Assembly (NCBI GenBank): GCA_964035545.1
Contig: OZ037769.1
Coordinates: 6,615,929 to 6,679,928, forward strand
Origin: Bugula neritina
Lineage: Eukaryota; Animalia; Bryozoa
Direction: 5' to 3'
Length of the DNA stretch: 64,000 nt
A model generated the notes under the pieces. It ran no database searches. It saw only the letters and a program-made list of their open reading frames with translations, and was not told the origin of the DNA. A program made the translations under genes and the position numbers. Numbering within the stretch: the stretch's first letter is position 1; each line of letters starts with the position of its first letter. Shown in pieces: positions 14,801 through 28,275 of the stretch.

Positions 14801-16485
14801 ACTATGCATATATGAGTTAGCTTGTTTGCTGCCTAACTCAATGCATCATATCTTGACCAGGCCTGTTTGCCATGAGCTTGCATTTTCCAGAGCCGTGAAA
14901 TAATAACAATGTCGAATGTGCCAACCATCATTCTCCAATTAAACCGCAGCCTCACACTACTGGCACCATTACAATTAATGGACTAAGTATAGCATGAAGC
15001 ATATACATGACAGCTACCATTACAAATTATTATAACCTAAGCGGATATAATACACACTGACTAATGACCTTTGATTTAATCAATAGTTTATACATACGTG
15101 TAAATAAACACTGCATGTTAGATTATTTCAATATAATCAACATGTTTCATGATAAAAATGTTTGCTATGGAAACTAGAAGACATACAAGAGTAGCTCAGT
15201 GTGTGTAGCAAAAAGAGAAAGCTATACTGCCTTAGCTGGTCTGTATTTCAAATGCAAGGCAGCCAGAAAGAAGGCTTTTATACTAAATAAAAAACTTGAC
15301 TTTCAAACGACTTCAACTTAACACTCATTCAGTTTTAACTTATATATTTTTGCCAGACTGTCCCCCCCTCCCCTTCCTTGCAAGGGCCAGCGTGCTACCC
15401 TGTAGGTGCTGCTGGGAAATCTTAACACCACAAATATATGTAGGCTTTGGGTGAAATGATGAGTTTTGAACAGGGGAGGGAATTTATAGCTATCAAATCA
15501 AGATCTTATACTATTTATATAGCAGAATAGGTGGTGGAGAGCTAAAAAAACACTTTACTGAGATTTTCTCAGTCACTATATCTTAGGATTTCAAACCAGT
15601 ACTGAATAACAAATTGGGGTGTTGAGACAGAGAGAGGCTAACATACTATATCAATGCATTAAGGCCTCAGCATATGTCCCGGAAGAAGTAAGAATTGCTC
15701 CTTATAATTGCCTCTTCCCATGATAGCATTGAGTCCGTTGAAAGAGCTTTACAAATACTGGTTACTAAAAATGATGCCTTCACATTTTTTGCATACTTAC
15801 TGCAGTGACAACAAATTCCTAATATGCTTGTGTGCATGTATAACTTAGTCATGAGCACATGGTATTACACTACACTGTGTATTACTCTACACTGTGTATT
15901 ATACTATACTGTGTATTACACTATTGCTACTATGTATTACACTATACTGTGTATTGTACTATATACTACGTGTTACACTATACTGTGTATTACACTATAC
16001 TGTGCATTACACTACACTGTGTATTGTACTATACTGTGTATTACACTACACTGTGTATTATACTGTACTATGTATTACACTATACTGTGTATTACACTAT
16101 ACTGTGTATTATACTGTACTATGTATTACACTATACTGTGTATTACACTACACTGTGTATTACACTATACTGTGTATTATACTATATACTATGTATTACA
16201 CTATACTGTGTATTGTACTATATACTGTGTATTACACTATACTGTGTATTGTACTATATACTGTGTATCACACTGTACTGTATAAATGAGTATATCAAAC
16301 ACGGACTACAGTGATCACTAACCATGACTCTGGGAGACATTGCTGTAGACTGGGGCAAGCTGGGCAGACCATCTGTGTATGGTGTGAGGTGGGTAGGCTG
16401 ATAGCGTGAGAACACAGACTATGAGTACAGCAGCTCCTAGTACAGGTATCACAGTGCGTCTGGTGCATACAGTGGAATATGACAT
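8810..16485 (-). CDS. Carbohydrate sulfotransferase (Sulfotransfer_2; CHST8-14/HNK-1ST family), ~335 aa, 6 coding exons: 16323-16485, 12832-12890, 11685-11877, 11100-11262, 10084-10350, 8810-8972
   Basis: Type II TM N-terminus (TVIPVLGAAVLIVCVLTL), 5'-PSB motif YCHIPKTGCTNWK, 3'-PB motif FLFVRHPLTRLLSAYRNK, HWQSYQELCHPCRIKYDYIG, C-terminal YHDDFAAFKY. All junctions GT-AG with matching phases; total 1008 nt. Confidence 0.92.
9337..9532 (-). mobile_element. tRNA-derived SINE
   Basis: Reverse strand reads GCAGCCGTGGTCTAGGGGTTAGAGC (A box), GGTTCGAACC (B box), then TTGGTGATGTTAGGAAGAGCATCCAGTC core and GACTATAAACT end. Confidence 0.85.
9602..9818. mobile_element. Foldback/MITE-like inverted repeat with ~100-bp arms
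   Basis: agagttatttcccct..ttatcttatctgt..ttcagtagatttcta..ttcaat mirrored by attgaa..tagaaatctactgaa..acagataagataa..aggggaaacaactct. Confidence 0.75.
10586..10771 (+). mobile_element. tRNA-derived SINE with the B-box region deleted
   Basis: GAGCAGCCGTGGTCTAAGGGTTAGAG head and the same core and 3' end as 9337-9532. Confidence 0.8.
15862..16282. repeat. ~17-bp minisatellite (TATTACACTATACTGTG)n in CHST intron 1
   Basis: Visible tandem units; explains three overlapping Y/C/T-rich ORFs. Confidence 0.92.
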
Positions 16486-17270
16486 TCCTAGCTGCTATCA
16501 CAAAATGAACACTACAGTACACAATATACATGATATAAACATTGGAGAAGAATTTAAGGTCACATATTTTATTGCCTACTATAATACATGTGAGCCCCCA
16601 GTTCTAGTAGATATTAACTGCCTAACTCTTACTATTTACATTGAGTATAAATATATAATATTATAGGCTGAAAAGTTTGCCTACAGGAAGTTTGGAAAAT
16701 TGGCTGCACTTACATTGTACAACCAGACTAGTAAAGCAGTTTTCAAAAACCCTGAATGTACTATTTGTATAGTTTGTATATAAATCACAGCAGCGTCACC
16801 AGCTGGAATATTGTAGTACTGTGAAAATATATACCAGTATCGCTTTTTAAAACCTTGATCAAAAAAGATAGCTTATAATTCTAGTTTGGCATATTCAACT
16901 TCAGCTTGCATGCCTTCTTTAAAACTTTAATTATATTTTATTTCAGAAGAATAAGTTTTATTGGCATTGAGCACTGCAACTATACCTTTGACCATTACTA
17001 ATTGAATTTTTGTTCAAAAAGAAATACTAATTGGAAGAAATTAAATTCACAACCATATGTATATATTGAAAAATTATTTGGTTTCCGAAATGCAACTGTA
17101 AAACTTACTACTAATGAGTTGCACTAGCAGTAAAACACATTATCCTTTTGGGACATGTCACTTTACCTGACTAGTACAGGTAAGTACAGACGTATCTCAA
17201 CTGGTGGATTTGCATGTTAATGCAGAATACACCATGCAATTTCTATACTTCGTACCTGCTCCTAATATAC

Positions 17271-17585
17271 TCTATACCCCTTCACTCTAAACTCCTATAC
17301 ATTTGTACTATACCCCTTTACTCTAAACTCCTATATATTTGTACTATACCCCTTTACTCTAAACTCCTATATATTTGTACTATACCCCTTTACTCTAAAC
17401 TCCTATATATTTGTACTATACCCCTTTACTCTAAACTCCTATATATTTGTACTATACCCCTTTACTCTAAACTCCTATATATTTGTACTATATATACCCC
17501 TTTACTCTAAACTCCTATACATTTGTACTATATATACCTCTTTACTCTAAACTCCTATATATTTGTACTATACCTCTTTACTCTT
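17271..17585. repeat. 36-bp minisatellite, ~8-9 copies
   Basis: Unit CTATACCCCTTTACTCTAAACTCCTATATATTTGTA; the ORF track shows a 12-aa periodicity. Confidence 0.95.
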
Positions 17586-18808
17586 TAGACTTTACTCCTA
17601 CACTTTAATATTTCTACAGTCTCTACCTTAAGCCTAATGTTATATTCTTTAATGAAAGGGCAGCCACTGTGAAAACTGAGTAAAGATAACAGACTAGAAT
17701 TATACACAAACCTGTTTACTAGCCGAATTAGAGGAATAGCCATTCACGTTGAATGATGAGACATGAAACTGCAGTGAAATCTGATAGCAGTTGATGGAGT
17801 GCTCGTAGGATACAATGGAACTACTGTTGTGTTCCAGCAACTTATTAACTCTGTGTGTTGAGAATGCATGCTTTGTTGAGTTACGCAGAGCCCTAGTACA
17901 TAGTACTACTGCACCTGTCTGCATAATATTATTACACGTGATGCATTAAATACCTACAGGCTACAGGGCCTATAACAGTTCAGCTTTTACATATCACAGT
18001 AGTGCACAGTGAGTATCAAAACAAAATTAAATTAGCATACCAAACTTGCAACCAACAAGTGTTAAAACTGTCTCATTCTATTATTTGGCCTAGTGGCTGA
18101 TAGCCATGCAAAGAGGGAGACCTTAGCTATCAGCTAGACAACAGGAACAGCTCATAAGCTGTCGGGCAGCAAAACATTAAGCTAAAAACTATCTGCTAAA
18201 GAAATTGTTTACTTTATTAATTACAGTATTGCTATTTGCCCTTAACATAGCAGCTGGCAAAGATAGCTTTAAGCAACTGAAATTCATATGATTTTTACAA
18301 ACTTTTATATATAATCTTTGTTATCAAATCTCAGCATCTCGAAATAGCAAATTGTTAGAGATTCTGTGGCTTTCACCATGGTTGAATGTTTCCAATTATT
18401 AAAACTGTGTTGATGAGTATAATTTGTATCTTTCTGCCAAACTCCCCATGCACAACAACTTCAATGACTAGCAACATGTACAATTGAAGTTGTCTTCTTC
18501 CAACAATTAGGACTCCCGCCCCGGCATATGTACTCAGAGTGCAGAAAAAAGGCTCGATAAATGAGTTTTAAAATAAGTCATATTTGAGTATAAAATAATT
18601 GTTTTATTATATATAATGTTTTAATGTAAAACTATTAACATACTGTACACTTACTTACAAACTTATACTAGTGAGAAGAATATAGGATGTCAACAACAGC
18701 TAATAAGGCAGGCAAAGGCTACAATTATCACACATTTTAAAAGTTACCTGCATTGTATTTAATTTGTACTCAGACTAATATTTTGAGCAATACTTCATGT
18801 AGTTTAGT

Positions 18809-18972
18809 AGTCACATGACAAATGTATTAATAAGAAGCCACATGACTGTATCAATAAGAAGTCACATGACTGTATCAATAAGAAGTCACATGACAAGTAT
18901 ATTTATGAGTCATATGACAACTGTACCAATAAGGTGTTACATAACAACTGTACCAATAAGGTGTTACATAAC
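18809..18972. repeat. 24-27-bp degenerate tandem repeat
   Basis: GTCACATGACTGTATCAATAAGAA units followed by ACATAACAACTGTACCAATAAGGTGTT units. Confidence 0.8.
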
Positions 18973-19128
18973 AGTATTGTCTGGTATCTATAGAAGACAC
19001 CTTTGGCCTGTAAATACACTCCAGTCTACAGTCATTATATTCAATTTATTTACAGATATTATGTACATTTGTTGAGCTCATTGGCAATACAGCACAACCA
19101 ACTGTCAGCTTCCACGACCTCAAAGATG

Positions 19129-22100
19129 TCACCTGACACGCTTTAGCAGGTTCTTCTTGTAACACTGCAGACTACACAACGGAATTTTTGTCTTGGAGCA
19201 GTTGTACTTCTTTATATTTTGACAGCCACTAACACCACATCTGATTGGCTTAGGAGGAGCACTATAACCAATATACATGCACATATTGTGAAAAATAGTT
19301 CAATAAATTGCACAAAACTCCATTTGTTGCTTTTCTTTAAAAGTAGGGTAGCTCTTTTTTCAATACAACTCAACCCTCAACCCATAACGTAGTACATGAC
19401 ACGTATTATATCCCATCTAAACAATAGCAGGAATGACTGTGTTCACCTACAAGCCAACTATATATAAACAGCATTGCTTATGCTTACCTGATCTTAGCAG
19501 GCTGAAGAGGGAAATGCGTGCTGGGAGGAACAGATAGAGTTGTCTTATCTTTAGTTATTGAGTATCTCATATGAGGGAGTTGTCCACTCAGTATCTTGGA
19601 TCTAGCCTGCAATTATTATTCATGAGCGAACTGTAACCATGCACAGAGTTTAAACTAGCGAATCATTACCAAATAACTAATACCACTATTTTATACATCT
19701 ATTTATCAGAGCCAATAATGTAATCATATATTTTTATTATTATTTTGCAAAAAAAACAAATATTTTCTTTGACTTTAATTATAATCAATGCAAGATTGAT
19801 TCAATAATTTGACCATTATTTCCGGAAACAAAAGTTTACACTAACAAAGAAATGTCTTTAATTCAACTACAATGGCTCTGCAATGTATTGACTAGTATTG
19901 ACTAAATTAATTTTGCCAACTCAATTATTGAGTAGAACTAAAAACAAGCTTGTAGGAAAGTTTATAGCCTACTGGAGGTAAAAGGAATTAATTTTTAGGT
20001 TGTGTTATCTATGCTACTATCTCTTGTAATCCAGTAGTAGATTACTGAATGCAAAGACTTCTTGTCAGAAGCAACATATCATATCACAGCCACCATGAGC
20101 TCTGTTACTGACCAGCATTAACTCCACAAGTATCTACATACCTTATTCTTACTAATTGCAGTATCAGATTTCTTTAAAAGTCTGTCTACTGTCTGTTTCT
20201 AAAATAAAAATCAACCGTGTGAAAAAGTAGAAGTGCGGAAATACTAACAGTACAGCATTAACTGTTTGTTTGGCTGATTCAGCAGCCATTAAAAAAGCCA
20301 TAAATGGCTATGAGCCAATAATGGGTATCAGTGAAGGTCTCTTACCAATTAGCACCTTACTATAATATTAGAAGGCATGAGGTTTACATATCTACCTGAT
20401 GTCCTGTGAATGTGCTGTGTGAGGTTAAACAAGACATTGATTGTACATGCTTAAACATGTCTCCTTACACCATGCAATACTATTACAATGTATAAAACAC
20501 AATGAAAGTTTCAAGATTTCTAATCTTAAGCTGCAATCCTAAATGCAAGGAACTTTTCCCCTTTCTCAACCTGACATGTCCACCTGAGTATATAATTTAT
20601 TAAATCGATGAAAACTTTTAGCAGTATTCTGAACTCCAACATCTGAGAGCCATCAAATAACAACTGCTCAGCTGCCATCTTAGTCAGTAGCCCGTGATCC
20701 TGCCAAGACTCTGAGGCTATGAAGCAGTGTAGGGGACGCACTATCTCCCCCACACTAACAACCTACTACTACCCATGTGTATACTGTTTAACTCTACCTT
20801 TGCCTTCTCACTCTTCTCTAGCGCCTGCTGGCGTCTCTGTATGGCCTTCTGTTTCCTCGAGTTAATCTGTTCCTCAGTCAGCGGTTTTCCAGCCATTGCA
20901 TTGGGTAATTCCAACAGAGAGTCTTCACCGCCGTGTAGGAGACGTCTCTATAAAGGTAAACAACACATTCTTCAGGATATGACATCACATATACATACAA
21001 ACACTAACACACTAATAATATGCAGCTCAAACCTGCCAGTTATGTTTGAATAGGATTTGCTAGCTGGCACCATCAGTTATCAGCCAAATACAATGTAAAA
21101 CTAAGTCAAGCTTTTAATCAGATATCAACTCGTTGATATTTTATAATATAAAAGTTCAGCTAGTAGTGTAGCTGCTGTATACAACCAGGTACACTTACCT
21201 GTCCACATTCACCTGTCCACACTCACCTGTCCACACTCACCTGTCTACACTCACCTGTCTACACTCACCTGTCTACACTCACCTGTCTACGCTCACCTGT
21301 CTACACTCACCTGTCTACACTCACCTGTCTAACTGTCTACACTCACCTGTCTACACTCAGCTGTCTACCTGCCTACACTCACCTGTCTAGCTGTTAGTAA
21401 AGCTGGATTCTTCTCTGACTTTTTCTTCTCGTACTCTTCGATGTCGCCAGACTCAACTGCCTGAAGCCACTCCCTCTCCTCATCAGATGTGTCATCATTG
21501 GTGACGGCAGCATCAGCAGCAGCTCTGTGAACAAAGAGGAGAAAACTTCTCTCCAGTAACTTCTCGTGTTTGAAACATACCTTGCAGCATTTCCTAAACT
21601 CACACTGTTAAGTGCACTGTATTAATATGAACTTGTTAGTCTAGGTTGGTAGAAAGATCAACTGTAGTCTATATGTAGGTATAAACAAGAGCTTGGTGAT
21701 AGTTTTTCCTTTACTGCAGTATTTTATAATGAAATTTATTACAAGAAAAAAATAGTCTTTGGCCCTAAAATAAATTTATTTTCTTCAAGACAACTCAGTT
21801 TTAAACTGCAACATCAACGTTACTTTACTTTTGGCTGGGCAATCGTTTTAGTGAGATTATTATTAATAATAAAATTGTCTGGTATTGACAGAGCTAAAAA
21901 TTAATAGCTCATGTCCTTACTCTATATAATAAAGTAGAACTTCTGTCAATTATAGAAACTATTTTGCTGGTTTTTAGGCAAATATATTTGACTTGCTTTA
22001 CTAAAATAGCCAAAGAGTTATCAAACCAGTCACTATTGCTACAGACCAACATTCACAGAGAGGCTTCTAACATCACACATAATTAGTGTCCAACAAATTA

Positions 22101-23632
22101 TGCAACAATATAGGCTCTGATAAAAAGACACGGCACATACGCTGAGCCCGCGACGTCCATCTCCACGTCAGAGTTTGCGTAATCTTCAGGTTCAGACTCG
22201 TCTTCTCCACACACGACAGGGGAGGAGTCCTGTCTGCTGGGAGCATCACCTTCAACGTCTACTTCATCCGACCCGTCATCTGTACCTGCAACATCAGTTT
22301 TCAAGCTAAAGCTGAGGGAGGCAAGAATATTAGTTCCCGTGTTTAAGTTTTCCAGCTATTTGTTCTGAAGTTTATATCAGAAAGGATTTTCAATAAGCTA
22401 TAGCTTATGCTGCGATAAAACAATATTGGCATGAAAAAGATATATAGCTTACAAGTTAAATTATTTGTGACTTTTTTGCTCACTTTTACCAAAAGGTTTT
22501 GTGCTAGATTTGTTCAGGGCGTGTATAGGAAATCTATTATATGATTGCATCAATTATTTCACTAAAGCATGTATTGTAATTTTCATTATACATAAATTCA
22601 TTTATTTGTCTTTCCTTATTTATTGCTGATTTCAATGTGATCTTATAAAAATGAATTTTAGAAAAAATGCTTGCTGCCAGGAACTCTAGTTGGACTAGAC
22701 CAGGTGTGTTCAAGTCACTAGCATGTTAACTGTCATCTTAAAATGCCAAAAAAATTCTTGCAATAAAAATGGTCAAATTATGCAATATAATTGGTAAGGT
22801 ATTATGTAGGTATTTATTTCATAGGATAAATCAGGGCCTTGAATACTATGCACTTACCTGCCATGCTACTTACAGTAGAATCATCAATATCCCTGGGCGT
22901 TGACGCATGACTACAACAATAAAACACACTCTAATTAGTATTTAAACTACTGATGAAATATTCCACTTCAAACAAAACAAGATGCATTATTAGACACATC
23001 CAAGATTTAGAAATATTTATGTAAATATTGAAAACCCAAAACATTAGACCTGGATATCCAAATAGGATGCAGAAGCCTAACCTGCCTGAGGGAGACTTTT
23101 TACTAAACTTAATTTTCAACTTTATGCCGGGCTTTGTGCTTTCTCCAGTCCTTTTCTTAGAATCCTTCTTTAACTTAGATTTTTGCTTATCTTTGTCTTT
23201 TTCCTTTTTAACTTTTTTCTGCTTCACCTGCTTGGCTTTAGATTCTATAAGTCAAGTAATAGACTGTTATTTTAGATGATCTAATGTACCATACAAAAAC
23301 CTGACTTGCAACTTCATAATAAAAGTTTACAACTCAACATGAACAAACGGTTTAATTATACAACTGTCTTTGTTAAGGAAAAAATAAGAAAGCTAAATAA
23401 ATCATTCCTAACAATTTCAGAGTGCAAAATTTAAACAATTTGAACAATGAAAATGTTGAAAACTTTCAAGCCTAACTTGAATATTATGAATCTATAATTT
23501 AGAGTGTGTAGCAATATTTCAGTATATTGACGGGGAGGGGGGGGGTATGATACAACCTTCCTCTTCTTCTTCATCTCTCAAGTATTTTGGCTTTTTTCTG
23601 ACTCTTTTCCCTGTGATACCAAGTTCTGCCAT
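19129..23632 (-). CDS. INO80B: INO80 complex subunit B (PAPA-1 domain + C-terminal zf-HIT), ~345 aa, 9 coding exons: 23557-23632, 23082-23244, 22858-22910, 22141-22285, 21383-21524, 20798-20947, 20142-20198, 19488-19606, 19129-19261
   Basis: IKLKIKF, DEEREWLQAVESG..ALLTARQRRLL, LTEEQ..KKQTVDRLLK and CGVSGCQNIKKYNCSKTKIPLCSLQCY match INO80B/Ies2 hallmarks. Phases consistent; total 1038 nt. Confidence 0.92.
21191..21390 (-). repeat. 14-bp tandem array (AGACAGGTGAGTGT)n made of the INO80B exon-5 splice donor
   Basis: About 13 CAG|GT sites, mostly CAG|GTGAG; the distal one is CAG|GTAAGT. Confidence 0.9.
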
Positions 23633-25010
23633 GACAAGATATCGTCTCTTTTGTTATCTACCTGTAAAATACACATGTTAATGAAAAGAAATAGTGAAAT
23701 AGCTTTTTTAATCATTAACTTAAAATAAGCAAAACTATATCAGCAATCGACGACTTGAAAAATTAATATAACAATGAGATTTTTTTAAATTTAGAGTAGC
23801 TTAGCATCAAGGTCAACTAATGACTCAGTTAGGCAAAGTCTGGAGCAAACTAGTGACATCAGTTCATTTATCATCGTAAATCATTGTTGGAACCTTGTAC
23901 ACTGTGACTGTCTATTGTTTAACCAAACTTGACTAATTAAACACAACTATAATCATGAAAACATACACCAGAAGAAAAAATATGCTAAAATGAAACTAAG
24001 GACAACTCATTTATTGCATATTCATAACAGCAAATATTGATATATAATAATTATACTCCATCATAATCAACTATCAAACTCACTCAGCAAAATTATATAC
24101 TTAAACTAATTTATAATTAAATTAGGCTATAAGTATAATGATATTAAATTTAATAAACTATAAAATTAAAACCGACTAGTTTCATTTAGCTATTATAAAA
24201 TTTGCTACTATTTAGCATCTATACTCAAACTCAATAATATGAAATTTAATATTATATCTATTTATAAATATATTATAACTATTAGTATTACTATTAGTAT
24301 TACAATAATAAATAATAAAATTAAATTATTTCCATTTGCCAACAGTCCAACACTAACAGTAACCAACTTTAGGTTCCTTGGCTAAAAAGTTAGGCATAAA
24401 TTAGAGGAAAAATCACAACATCAATATTCTTGAGAAAAAATTAATAAATTTGGACGCTTTAAATGTTTTAGTAATAGTAATATTATTAATAATTATTATT
24501 TACACTCTCAAGATCAAGGTATCTTGAAAAATTGAACTGATGGGATTAGCATGAAACTAGCGTAGTCAGCGGGAAAATCAATTGGTTTATAACCAACTTA
24601 TAAACAGCGTGCGTCCTTTGTTTTTCAGACTAAAGTTAAAGTCACTTGATTTTTCGAGGTTTTAAACCAAGTGTCCTAAATTGTGTAGCAGATAACTCCA
24701 AAACTATTCCAGCCTTGAATCCTAAATAAATGGCATGGGAAGATGTTTTATAATTAACTTTCTCTTTAAATAAACTCCTTAATTAGTTTAAAAACAAAAT
24801 TTAATTTTAGATTCAATCAGTAAGTTTCTAGCAGTCATAGGTTAATAAAACACAAAAGTGCATTTCCTAATAATACAAGCTGTAAAACCTAACACTTCGA
24901 ACCTGCTGAACCTTTACAATAATTAAAGCCCTAAATTTGAATTTCATAGAACAACAAATTTTCTCTAGCTTCAAAAAAACTTTTTATTTCAAGTTTTTTA
25001 TAGAATTTTA

Positions 25011-25105
25011 CACACATACACACACGCACGCACACACACGCACGGCACACATACACACATTCATTTATATAAGAGAGAGCGAATGTGTGTGTGTGTGTGT
25101 TTGTG

Positions 25106-25165
<60 letters not shown>

Positions 25166-25180
25166 TGTGTGTGTGTGTGT
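25011..25180. repeat. Compound microsatellite (CA)n ... (GT)n(GCGT)n(GT)n
   Basis: Directly visible. Confidence 0.95.
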
Positions 25181-26521
25181 AAATAAAAGATGTAGTGTTG
25201 AAAAAGAGTTTTTTATATAATTAGTAGCTTGTGTAAACAATCTCTAGGTAAAAACACTATTGTATTTTCAGAATATTAAATTACTTTTTATTGTGAACAT
25301 GTTTTTAGTATAAAGTAAGGTCGTTTTATTATTAAACATTTTGTAAAAGAAATAAACTATAAATAATGACTATAATATTTAATAGAAAAATAATCCAGTA
25401 ATAAGCTTTAGATAAAATACTATAATTTTAATAATACATGTTTATGATTTGATCATCATATGTTTGCTAATAATTTAATTTCATATATCATGCTTTGTAG
25501 ATCAGTGTGTAAAACTAGTTTTCTTGCAAACTTTTTTTTATCAAAGAAATTCCTACGAATATTTTACATAGTAAAAGTAAATAACAGAAGTACATTTCTG
25601 TTTAGATTTATAATGTATATACCAATCAAAATAAATATTTTACACTTGTTTGTTAAAATCTACAAGTATTTTTAGACTACTTTTTTTAGTTGTCAAATTT
25701 TTAGTTGTTTCAAATTGAAGAGTTTTTAGCCATGAAGCAAAACTAAATTAGGCACCAGTACATTAGCAACTTTGACAGTCTATAAACTTTGAAATTAAGT
25801 AAATTTTTATACGAAACATCAATCAATAGTTATATGTTGTCCATGGCGGTATTTTCTTATCAGCAACGTCAGTTAAACATTTCATTTACAAAATCAACAT
25901 TTTATGATATTCTATGGTGGCAGCTATAAAAGGCAGCAGTATTGACAGCGCAAATATTTTAGAGTAATTTAATTAAATATTTATAATAGCTATGACTGTT
26001 ATAAATATCTTGCAAATGCAAGTACACTCTTCAAAAAACAAGAAAAGCTGTCACTTCTGTCAAAAACATTTCGCAACAAAAAATATAAAAACAAAAAGTT
26101 TACCATATGTTGTGTGACAGAAGGAACATGAGTAATCATAATTGTTTGCCATTTGTAATTTTTACAGTTCATGCGCAAATATTAAATATGTGTCTCTAAA
26201 AAGAACTTAACTTAATTCCAATAAATATATTATAATAAATTGATTTTTTATAAGGTCTATTTATTGATTTTTCTAGCCGCTTACTCCAGCATAGGCATAA
26301 AAACAATGAATACAAACATATTAGTTAACATAAGATTGCATATATATGCATGCACATAGATACACAGTACATAGAATATAAACAAGTACCTACTAATAAA
26401 ATTATTAATTACATTATATGGGCAAGATTGTAAATCTAGTACAAACCCAGCTTAGTTAGCATTATAATATATTTCATGATTTTACAGCCCATGAATTATA
26501 TATTTCACAGCATCATCTAGT

Positions 26522-28275
26522 ATGATTTTCAAGGATAAAGTCATGAATTCATCTAAAATGATATTTTTGGGTAAGCTTAAACTTTTTATACATCGGAAAA
26601 TTAAATTTATTTATGATAATCTTTTATAATATTGAACTATGCAAAAACAGAGTGAAATGTTTATACATCGCATGCTTAACTTTTTATTAATATTTAATTG
26701 TATGGGCTTATTTATTTCTATTTCTTCCTTTTAGCAAAAAAGACTTCAGAAATTGTATGGTAACATCTTTTAATCTTATTTTTAGTATTTCTGGTAGCTG
26801 TGATTCCTTGCACTGGTGTGACTGCAAAGTCAGCTATCTTCACTAGAATGAGTCTTCCTTCAGAGCTGGTGACATCATCAATAAACATCTCACAGGGTCA
26901 CCACTCTACACACCTCTGTGCTTATGAATGTCTCATCAATAAGAAATGTCATGGATATCACCTCCATGTCCAGACACTCACAGAATGTTCATTCGAAACT
27001 TGTCTCAATCCTAATCAGCTAACTCAAGACATTGGAAATGGCTCTGCTGTTTACGTTAGAGATGACCTTCACACATTTCTGAACAAGTTCCTAGCTTTAG
27101 GTGAGTGGGTGATGTTTATATTTGTTTGTGTAAAATATTTGTAGCGTAACACTTTATATATCTCCATAGGCACTGCACTTTAAATAGAAAAAGTTGTAAT
27201 CATGGATTCAAGTTTGTAATTAACCAATGAAAAATTGTTACTCCTTGTTTTACAACAGCAACATTGAGAACATTTACTAGATCCTAATAACATATGCTAG
27301 AAGCACATAATGTTATAGCATGTTTAGAATATAGCATATAGAATGGAGCATATAGATTATAGCATTCAGACTATAATGTTTAGAATATTGCATTTAGGAT
27401 ATAGCATTTAGGATATAGCATTTATAGGTTATAGTATTTTGAAAAGAGCATTTAGAATATAGCATATATATAACTGCATGTAGCCTATGGCGCAAGTATA
27501 TAATATAGCATCTAGAATATAGCACTTAGAATGTAGCATATAAGATATAGCATATGAAATATAGCATATTAAACTTTACTTTTTGTTGCTATGCACTATA
27601 GGCAAACCAGCCAGCTTGTCATCCTCTTATAACAATGAATCAAGAAGAGCATCCTTCGGGAATGACGGGAGATATTATCCATCCTTTTTAGCTCACTCTG
27701 CAAGACAGCACAGACCGTGGTGGAGGGTGGATCTGCAGGATGACTTCTGCATCTTAGCAGTGAATATCTTAAACTGGGACGTAAGTGATCAAGGTTGCCA
27801 CTTTCATGCACTTTTGTTATTACAGAAGTGTCATTCTACTCAACAGAAGAAACCTTTAAAATTCATGTGCAATTTGAACTTTTTATATTACTGCTCTTAT
27901 CCTTTAATGCTTGCTGAAGTATAATTTTTTATTTTTTTGTAATTTATAGTAAAATCACCGCAATGGAAGATAAAATGTAAACGTTTTCTGAACGAACTGC
28001 CAAATACATGTATATAAATAGCTTGCTGTAATTTTCCATGAAAGATATACTGGAAAAGATTCAAGAATGTAGAGATAACTGTGTCTATGACAGAAGAAGA
28101 TATAGAATACACCGGAACCAACCAAGAAGTTCTCTGCTATTATCATGATGGTAGTCTAAACCCAGTCTTTACTCTCATGACATGTCATCAACCAATCAGA
28201 GGGCGGTTCGTTCAAGTCTTACTTAATTCTACAGAGCCTCTAAGCTTTTATGAAATTGAGGTGCATGGAATGTAA
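26522..28275 (+). CDS. Secreted PAN/apple-like + F-type lectin (fucolectin/FTP) domain protein, ~257 aa, exons 26522-26570, 26786-27100, 27602-27780, 28045-28275
   Basis: Hydrophobic signal (IFLVFLVAVIP), PAN-like CAYECLINKKCHGY..C, FTP motifs LALGKPASLSS, NDG, HS..PWWRVDL, GRFVQV, LSFYEIEVHG. Phases consistent; 774 nt. Confidence 0.85.
27310..27570. repeat. 14-bp degenerate minisatellite (TTAGAATATAGCAT)n
   Basis: Visible in lectin intron 2. Confidence 0.85.

Noticed and set aside
15824-16314. Three long overlapping Y/C/T-rich ORFs
   Set aside because: Product of a stop-poor 17-bp minisatellite inside CHST intron 1.
17271-17585. 36-bp repeats of CRISPR-like length
   Set aside because: Units are contiguous with no unique spacers, there are no cas genes, and the context is eukaryotic.
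20262-20400. Possible intronic H/ACA snoRNA (hairpin followed by ACA on the minus strand)
   Set aside because: No convincing H box or 5' hairpin; too weak without a covariance-model search.
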